This document shows, in pieces, positions 30,156-36,790 of a stretch of DNA of 36,790 nt. Source of the stretch: Methanosphaera sp. (GTDB lineage: Archaea; Methanobacteriota; Methanobacteria; Methanobacteriales; Methanobacteriaceae); contig JAJQHG010000075.1 in NCBI GenBank assembly GCA_021199865.1, forward strand, positions 1 to 36,790, in the 5' to 3' direction. Every line of letters begins with the position of its first letter. Position 1 is the first letter of the stretch. The position numbers and the translations under genes are program-made. Below the pieces are notes generated by a model, which was given only the letters and a program-made list of their open reading frames with translations, was not told the origin of the DNA and did no database searches.

Positions 30156-31355
30156 TTAGAGGTTTCTAATTACACTCTTAATATCGTTTGGATCACTAGA
30201 AACCTTTGTTGGCTCTTCACATGCATCAATAGCAACATTAGGATCTTTAAGTACATGTCCTGTAACAATACAGACAACCTTTTCGCCCTTATCAACAACA
30301 CCATTTTCTACAAGCTTTCTTAGTCCTGCAATAGATGCTGCACTTGCAGGCTCTACACCAATACCCTCACTACGTGCAAGATACTTTTGAGCATCAAGAA
30401 TCTCATCATCAGTAACAGTCTCAGCTGTACCATTAGACTCCTTAATTGCACGCATAGCCTTAAGTGAACTTACAGGTGCACCAATCCTAATAGCAGTTGC
30501 AATAGTTTCAGGATTCTCCACAGGTATTACCTCATCACTACCAGCCTTAACAGCATTAGCTATAGGTGCACTATCAACTGCCTGAATACCAGTCATCATA
30601 GGAGTATCCTTAATATATCCAGCATCTCTAAATTCAGTTATACCCTTCCAGATAGCAGATATATTACCAGCATTACCTACAGGAAGTATGATCCTGTCAG
30701 GTGATTGCCAGCCTAAGTCATGGACAACCTCCATACCAATAGTTTTCTGTCCCTCTAATCTGTATGGGTTAATAGAGTTAAGTAAGTATAATTCACCATC
30801 AAGAGCTAACTGTGTAATAGTCTCAAGGGCATCATCAAAGTTTCCATCAATAGCAAAAACCTTTGCTCCATGGAACATTGCCTGTGCAAGCTTACCTAGT
30901 GCAACCTTACCATCAGGTAGTACAACAGCACATTTTAGTCCTGCACGAGCAGCATATGCTGATAGGGATGCAGATGTGTTACCAGTAGATGCACATCCAA
31001 CCATATCTACACCTAGATCAACAGCCTTAGTAGTACCTACACTCATACCTCTATCCTTAAAACTACCAGTAGGGTTTGATCCTTCTACCTTAACATATAA
31101 GTCTATTCCTAACTCATCACCGATAGTATCACATTTACAGAAAGGTGTTCCACCCTCATCAAGACTTACCCTGTTCTCATATTTTACTGGTAGGAATTCC
31201 TTGTATTTCCAGATATTATCTCTTCTGCCCTCAAATGTTTCACGTGGAATATCCTCAACATCACATTCAACCTCAAGGATTGATCCACACTTACTACAAG
31301 TATATATTATTTCATCATCATCGTATTCTTCATTACAGGAAATACATCTAATCAT
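30156..31355 (-). CDS. thrC: threonine synthase
   Basis: N-terminal CxxC/CxxC, EGSNPTGSFKDRG (PLP lysine), CASTGNTSAS, PVGNAGN, EPASA, TGHVLKDP. Confidence 0.95.
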   Translation of the reverse strand: MIRCISCNEEYDDDEIIYTCSKCGSILEVECDVEDIPRETFEGRRDNIWKYKEFLPVKYENRVSLDEGGTPFCKCDTIGDELGIDLYVKVEGSNPTGSFKDRGMSVGTTKAVDLGVDMVGCASTGNTSASLSAYAARAGLKCAVVLPDGKVALGKLAQAMFHGAKVFAIDGNFDDALETITQLALDGELYLLNSINPYRLEGQKTIGMEVVHDLGWQSPDRIILPVGNAGNISAIWKGITEFRDAGYIKDTPMMTGIQAVDSAPIANAVKAGSDEVIPVENPETIATAIRIGAPVSSLKAMRAIKESNGTAETVTDDEILDAQKYLARSEGIGVEPASAASIAGLRKLVENGVVDKGEKVVCIVTGHVLKDPNVAIDACEEPTKVSSDPNDIKSVIRNL

Positions 31356-31526
31356 TTAAATTCTCCTAACATTTATTTTGTATAATAGATTATCACAACT
31401 ATTAATAATATATCATTTATTGAATCTACCTAATATTATTATTTATTTTTTCTGTGTATATTACTAGATACAATGTAAATAAATATATAAAAAAAAGAAT
31501 ATTTGAGAGGGTTAATTTTAAACTAC

Positions 31527-32522
31527 CTAGTTAGTCAGGTTGACTGTGACATTATATAATGGTTCATCCTCATGTAGAGAATCATCATAAATATAGATAA
31601 CAGCATGATGAGCTCTAGTATCACCAGAACTATATACTGACTCTTGAATACTTATAGGTTGATTCTCTGGTGCATCAACCATGTTCCACACAAGTGACTT
31701 ATCAAGTAACGTATTACTTGAATCATATAACTCAACATACATTTCAATATAATCATATGAATCTAGTGGTGTCATATTACAACTAATCTCATAAAAAGGT
31801 GCTATTGAATTATCATCATAAGTTATTGAAATAGAGGAAACATTAACATTAGAATTTGATCCCATACCACTAATAACAAACACACCAAATACTACTAAGA
31901 TTATAACTAACACAACAGGTATAGCCCATATCCACTTATTACTACCATTACCACCATTATTAGGTTGGTTAGGATTGCCCTGTGGATTATTATAATAGTT
32001 AGGATCCTGATTACCCATCTGGTTATTCATAGGTTGATTAGGATAGCCTTGTTGATTACCATATGCTTGATCATATCCTCCTGTTGGACTATTTGGTGGC
32101 ATATTACCCATATTCTGCTGGTTATTATTATAATAATTACCATTAGGATTATTCATATTCTGCTGATTATTATTACTACCAGGCATATTAAATTTTGGAC
32201 TATGATTACCATCACGTTCATAGTATGCTAGAATAGTAGAAACTAGGAAACATATACATGATAATATAGCATAATCATTAGTTGTTGCTAATGATGCTAC
32301 AGTACAAACAATATATAATGCTAGGGATATCCTATAATCCATGTTATATAATACTGCACCAACAACACCTATTATTATAATTGCAATGTATACAAAGAAA
32401 GCTATAGCAGCCTCATCAATAAATGAAAATGCATACATGATACGTGCTACATATAAAGCAAATACACAACCTATAAGTGTACTAACCCAATTCAAACGAA
32501 AGTCAATATCATTAAGACCCAT
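31527..32522 (-). CDS. hypothetical membrane protein: N-terminal TM bundle, N/Q/P-rich linker, TM helix, C-terminal globular domain
   Basis: GGAGG RBS, about four hydrophobic helices, a low-complexity NNQQN/NPNQP region and the KWIWAIPVVLVI TM helix. Paralog of 32541-33353. Confidence 0.8.
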   Translation of the reverse strand: MGLNDIDFRLNWVSTLIGCVFALYVARIMYAFSFIDEAAIAFFVYIAIIIIGVVGAVLYNMDYRISLALYIVCTVASLATTNDYAILSCICFLVSTILAYYERDGNHSPKFNMPGSNNNQQNMNNPNGNYYNNNQQNMGNMPPNSPTGGYDQAYGNQQGYPNQPMNNQMGNQDPNYYNNPQGNPNQPNNGGNGSNKWIWAIPVVLVIILVVFGVFVISGMGSNSNVNVSSISITYDDNSIAPFYEISCNMTPLDSYDYIEMYVELYDSSNTLLDKSLVWNMVDAPENQPISIQESVYSSGDTRAHHAVIYIYDDSLHEDEPLYNVTVNLTN

Positions 32523-32540
32523 GTTTTACCTCCTATTAAA

Positions 32541-33353
32541 CTAATTAGTCATGTTGATTGTAGCATTATATACTGGTTCATCATCATGCAATGAACTATC
32601 ATACATGTAAACAATAGCATGATGAGGTTGAATATTATCTGAAATATAACATGTCTCCTGAATACTTATTGGTTGATTCTCTGGTGGATCAGCCATATTC
32701 CATACAAATGACTTATCAATTAACGTATTACTAGAATCATATAACTCAACATACATATCAAGATAATCATATGATTTTAATGGTGTTATATTACAACTAA
32801 TCTCATATGAAGGGAATAATGCACTATCATTATACACTATTGAAACAGATGAAACATTAACATTAGAATTTGATCCAGTATCACTAAAAACAATTACACC
32901 AAATATTACTAATACAATAACTAACACAACAGGTATAGCCCATATCCACTTACTTCTACCATTACCACTAGCATTATTATTATAATTAGGTTGGTTAGGA
33001 TTGCCCTGTGGATTATTATAATAGTTAGGATCCCAGTTACCCCTCGGATTATTCATTGGTTGATTAGGATTTCCCTGCTGATAATTATAATTAGGTTGGT
33101 TAGGATTGCCTTGTGGATTATTATAATAGTTAGGATCCTGATTACCCATCGGATTATTCATTGGTTGATTAGGATTTTCCTGTTGATTACCATATGCATT
33201 ATTATAGTCATCCATAGAACCATTATCAGGATCATTATCCATACTCTGCTGGTTATTATCAAATGCATTATCATAGTCATCTATAGGATCATCTTCTGGT
33301 TTATTATCCTTATTCTGCTGGTTATTATCATCATCAATATCATTAAGCCCCAT
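32541..33353 (-). CDS. hypothetical single-TM protein with an N/Q/D/P-rich N-terminus, paralog of the downstream gene
   Basis: Shares the MGLNDID start, NQDPNYYNNPQGNPNQPN, KWIWAIPVVLVI and a highly similar C-terminal domain (YVELYDSSNTL.DKS.VWNM). Confidence 0.8.
   Translation of the reverse strand: MGLNDIDDDNNQQNKDNKPEDDPIDDYDNAFDNNQQSMDNDPDNGSMDDYNNAYGNQQENPNQPMNNPMGNQDPNYYNNPQGNPNQPNYNYQQGNPNQPMNNPRGNWDPNYYNNPQGNPNQPNYNNNASGNGRSKWIWAIPVVLVIVLVIFGVIVFSDTGSNSNVNVSSVSIVYNDSALFPSYEISCNITPLKSYDYLDMYVELYDSSNTLIDKSFVWNMADPPENQPISIQETCYISDNIQPHHAIVYMYDSSLHDDEPVYNATINMTN
32976..33185 (-). repeat. 105-nt (35-aa) intragenic tandem duplication
   Basis: QQENPNQPMNNPMGNQDPNYYNNPQGNPNQPNYNY / QQGNPNQPMNNPRGNWDPNYYNNPQGNPNQPNYNN. 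Confidence 0.88.
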
Positions 33354-33558
33354 ATTTTACCTCCCATAAATTTATTATTAATATATAATATTTAATTTAC
33401 ATTATTTAATACTAACTTTTAATAATAAAAAGAATATCTCTTTAGTAGAATATTATTCAAGAATTTAAATAAGAGTTTTAATATCCGAGTCTTAAGTATA
33501 AATAATTTCTAATTAGAAAAGTCTAAAAAAAATATAAAAAGAATAGTAGTAAAGATGA

Positions 33559-33762
33559 TCATAATTCTTCTATGTCAATCTCTTCTTTATCAATGGTGTT
33601 TAATTTATCATCCTGTATGGTGTTTAATATTAATTGATCAGCATCATACTTATCTACAAGGTTCTTGTATTCAGTATTATCTGGCTTATTATCTTTCTTA
33701 TAATACTTATCAGTAATAATATTATCATCCTTAATAAGTACTACATGATACTTATATAACAC
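33559..33762 (-). CDS. small hypothetical protein
   Basis: 67 aa, GTG start after a GGTGA archaeal RBS, co-oriented 13 nt after the VIT1-family gene. Confidence 0.6.
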   Translation of the reverse strand: MLYKYHVVLIKDDNIITDKYYKKDNKPDNTEYKNLVDKYDADQLILNTIQDDKLNTIDKEEIDIEEL

Positions 33763-33775
33763 ATTATCACCCTAA

Positions 33776-34354
33776 TTATCCACCTAACATGTAACTAATA
33801 ATAGCAATCAGTACACCTACTAACACAATCTGTATTGCTGATCGTGACATACTCTCCTTTGCAATGCTTCCAAGATAGCATCCAAGAGCAATTAATAGAA
33901 CAAAAGATATTATGATAGTTGAAATGATTGCAGAGTATATATCACTACATACAAAGAATGGTATTGAGGGGATAAATGATCCCATGAAACTTGCACTACC
34001 ATGAGTAATCATACTAATAAATACCCTGTATTTAGCCTCCTCATGTATAACAGTATCATTTAACTCCCATTCATCAAGCATCATCCTATTTTCAAGCTCA
34101 CGGATATTCTTCTCTTCCTCTGCATGTTCACCAATATATGAACCATAACCATTAGATAATGCTATTGCTATACCACCACTAAGCCCAGTTAATCCAATAG
34201 TCATAGGATCACTAGTTGAACCTGTTGCCATAGCAGTTACAGCAGCTGTTAATGTGATACTCAGCACTGTTAGGATACCATCAAGAGATCCTAGTGCCAG
34301 GTATCTGCTCATCGCAAAATAATCCTTAAGTATTTGTCTTATTGTTACTTTCAT
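33776..34354 (-). CDS. VIT1/CCC1 family membrane protein (archaeal TIGR00267-like)
   Basis: RYLALGSLDGILT, GGIAIALSNGYGSYIGEHAEE, GSFIPSIPF. Five TM helices. Confidence 0.85.
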   Translation of the reverse strand: MKVTIRQILKDYFAMSRYLALGSLDGILTVLSITLTAAVTAMATGSTSDPMTIGLTGLSGGIAIALSNGYGSYIGEHAEEEKNIRELENRMMLDEWELNDTVIHEEAKYRVFISMITHGSASFMGSFIPSIPFFVCSDIYSAIISTIIISFVLLIALGCYLGSIAKESMSRSAIQIVLVGVLIAIISYMLGG

Positions 34355-34374
34355 TTATTCTCATCACTATAATA

Positions 34375-35583
34375 TTATCTTCCAAGTTCTTGATGTGCAC
34401 GTGCTAAATGTCCAGCAGCCAGGGCACCAACAAGGGATAACTCACCTGCAAGTACACTTCCAGCTACAATAGATGCATAACGCTCCACCTTATATGATCC
34501 TTTAGAATCAAGTATGTTTAGGGATTCTATTGCAGTCTCAAGTCTTGTTCCACCACCAACAGTGGCAACTGGTAGGTCTGGTAGTGTAACACTAAAGTAT
34601 AGGTCACCATCTGCTACCTGTGCACTAGTTATACCAATACTACCCTCAACAGTATGTGCAGGATCTTGTCCTGTTGCTAGAAATATTGCTGCTACAATAT
34701 TAGCATAATGTGCATTATATCCATAGCTACCTGCTATAGCACTACCCAGGAGATTCTTTGCATAGTTTACTTCTACAATAGCTTCAGGTGTAGTTTTAAG
34801 TGTCTTCTCTACAATCTCTCTAGGTATTACTATGTCTGCATTAACACTTTTGCCTCTACCCTCTATTAAGTTTAGTGCTGCTGGCTTCTTATCTGTACAG
34901 AAGTTTCCACTAAGAGCTATTACATGGATATCATTCTCTTTTTCTATGAGATTGATTGCCTCTTGTGTAGCAATTGTGACCATGTTCATACCCATACTAT
35001 CACCAGTTTCATATACAAAGCGTGGGTATACATAGCGTCCAACTATTGCAACAGGATCAATCTTTAGGAGCTTTCCGTGATTAGTTGTTGCCTCGGCTGC
35101 CTCTCTTATTTTATCAAAGTTATTATTTATCCATACCTTAAGCTTGTTAGCCTCAAGTACACTCTTAGTCTCTATTACTGGTGCTCTGGTCATCTGGTTA
35201 GATAGTATTGATACATTACATCCACCAGAGTGTCTTATTACACTACAACCCCTGTTTACACTTGCTAGTAGTGCTCCCTCAGTTGTTGCTAGTGGTACAT
35301 ATGTTTCAATGTCCTCCTTTTCTGTGTGGATCTTGATTGGTCCAGCTACCCCTACAGGTATCTGTATTGCTCCAATCTGATTCTCAATATTCTTCTTTGA
35401 TGCATCAGTCATATCTATAGAGTATTTAGATATGTGTTCTAGCTCTACATCAGCCTCTTTTTCTATGTATTCACGCCTAATATCTGTTGCTAGATTAGTA
35501 TCATCCACGTATTTTTCTATCTCAAATAACCGTATTTCTCCAGATTCAAGTTTATCTAGTACTTCTTCTTTTTTTGTAATCAT
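34375..35583 (-). CDS. hmgA: class I HMG-CoA reductase (NADPH)
   Basis: ENQIG, PLATTEGALLASVNRG, TGDSMGMNM, SGNFCTDKKPA, ATGQDPAH, TVGGGT, HLARAH. Confidence 0.96.
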   Translation of the reverse strand: MITKKEEVLDKLESGEIRLFEIEKYVDDTNLATDIRREYIEKEADVELEHISKYSIDMTDASKKNIENQIGAIQIPVGVAGPIKIHTEKEDIETYVPLATTEGALLASVNRGCSVIRHSGGCNVSILSNQMTRAPVIETKSVLEANKLKVWINNNFDKIREAAEATTNHGKLLKIDPVAIVGRYVYPRFVYETGDSMGMNMVTIATQEAINLIEKENDIHVIALSGNFCTDKKPAALNLIEGRGKSVNADIVIPREIVEKTLKTTPEAIVEVNYAKNLLGSAIAGSYGYNAHYANIVAAIFLATGQDPAHTVEGSIGITSAQVADGDLYFSVTLPDLPVATVGGGTRLETAIESLNILDSKGSYKVERYASIVAGSVLAGELSLVGALAAGHLARAHQELGR

Positions 35584-35842
35584 TTAACACACCACAATAT
35601 TAAATCATACCTATACTATATTATTGTAACTATTATTATTTAGAATTATTATAAATGTCTAAGATTAATATAAAGTTTAATCAATACTGAATCCTATTTA
35701 ATTGATATTATTGTCTTATAGATAAGTTAGTACTGTCTTATAAATAGGTTAGTAATTAGTTTCTAGTATAATAGGTAATGTTTCTAGTAAATTAATAGGT
35801 AATATTACACATTAAATAGTTTATAAAAAGAGGGGATGGTGG

Positions 35843-36703
35843 TTATAAGTTTTCTATAATATCTACTATATCTGCTGGTTTATCAGCTACATGTACACCA
35901 TGCTTCTTGAGTAATTCCTTCTTGTTCTGGGCTGTACCATCTGTTCCCTCAATAATAGCACCAGCATGTCCCATACGTTTTCCTAGTGGTGCAGATACAC
36001 CAGCAATGAAGGATATTATTGGTTTTGTTAGGTTTTCTTGTGCATATTTTGCTGCCTTTACTTCTGCTATTCCACCTATTTCTCCAAGTAATACTATTGC
36101 ATCAGTATCTGGGTCATCCTCAAACTCTATTAATGAGTTTGTGAAGTTTTGTCCTGTAACTGGATCTCCACCTATACCTATTGCTGTACTGATACCTCTA
36201 CCTGAATCACTTATCTGGCTTGCAACCTCATATGTTAGTGTTCCACTTCTAGATAGTAGGCCAATATTACCCTTCTTGAAGATGTGGGTAGGCATTATAC
36301 CAAGTTTTCCTACTCCAGGTGATATTATACCAGGGGTGTTTGGTCCAATTAGTGTAGTATTATTCTGTTTTGCATACTCAACTATTTCAATACTATCATG
36401 TATAGGTATGTGTTCGGTTATAATTATTACTAAGTCTAAGTACTTTATTGCCTCAAATGCTGCATCTTTTACGTATGGTGCTGGTATGAATATGATACTA
36501 GCATTTACTTTAGGGTGATGGTATTTAACTTCTTCAATAGAGTTGTATACTGGTAGTCCCTCTACTGATTGTCCAGCCTTTCCTGGACTTGTACCAGCCA
36601 CTATATTAGTATTATATTCAAGCATTTGCTTAGTATGGAATCTTCCCTGTTTACCTGTTATTCCCTGTACTACAGCCTCAACATTTTCATCTAAGATTAT
36701 CAT
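35843..36703 (-). CDS. sucD: succinyl-CoA synthetase alpha subunit
   Basis: VQGITGKQG, IGPNTPG, SRSGTLTYE, GIGGDP, GEIGG, and RMGHAGA (phospho-His). Confidence 0.95.
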   Translation of the reverse strand: MIILDENVEAVVQGITGKQGRFHTKQMLEYNTNIVAGTSPGKAGQSVEGLPVYNSIEEVKYHHPKVNASIIFIPAPYVKDAAFEAIKYLDLVIIITEHIPIHDSIEIVEYAKQNNTTLIGPNTPGIISPGVGKLGIMPTHIFKKGNIGLLSRSGTLTYEVASQISDSGRGISTAIGIGGDPVTGQNFTNSLIEFEDDPDTDAIVLLGEIGGIAEVKAAKYAQENLTKPIISFIAGVSAPLGKRMGHAGAIIEGTDGTAQNKKELLKKHGVHVADKPADIVDIIENL

Positions 36704-36790
36704 GTTATTATCGACTCCTGTGTTGTTTTTAAGTATTAATCAGATACACATAATGACACTTAATATTATATTATCATTTCGTTTTTTGAT

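Noticed and set aside
30688-31359. 223-aa plus-strand ORF antisense to thrC (likewise 25838-26434 over aIF6 and 35907-36518 over sucD)
   Set aside because: Codon-register mirror ORFs of conserved genes, with S/P/I-rich antisense composition.
32976-33185. Repeats as a possible CRISPR array
   Set aside because: They are in-frame coding tandem repeats without unique spacers, and no cas genes are present.
32991-33395. Ile/Arg-rich hydrophobic plus-strand ORFs (also 31965-32231)
   Set aside because: Antisense read-out of the AAT/CCT-rich low-complexity repeats of the minus-strand genes.
25069-36790. Genuine horizontal transfer of an archaeal ribosomal cluster into a bacterium
   Set aside because: Native archaeal synteny and intergenic style are intact, no mobility genes are present, and the bacterial gene at the join is truncated. 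An artefact is far more parsimonious.

Overview
The window joins two unrelated genomic segments. Bases ~1-24,940 are from a low-GC Firmicute (Clostridia-like). They carry malQ-glgP, an orphan gene, cdd, and a T-box-controlled trpE-G-D-(orphan)-C-F-B-A operon. Next comes a four-gene SMC/Toprim anti-plasmid cassette in jetD-jetA-jetB-jetC order (Wadjet type III-like), with jetA frameshifted and JetC ending in a putative beta-clamp-binding motif. The segment ends with an FlK-like thioesterase, an LTA-synthase-family gene, a YmfI/FabG-like SDR and a YdbS/YdbT-like PH-domain pair, the second of which is cut short. Bases ~24,950-36,790 are archaeal (Methanobacteriales, most like Methanosphaera). They carry the conserved rnp4-yhbY-rps19e-PDCD5-PP-loop-rpl39e-rpl31e-aIF6-rpl18a-pfdA cluster, an AK6-type kinase, thrC, two tandem paralogous N/Q/P-rich membrane proteins, a VIT1-family gene, hmgA and sucD. 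The bacterial-archaeal join is most likely a contig concatenation or misassembly rather than biology. No CRISPR array, tRNA, rRNA, integrase or transposase was seen.
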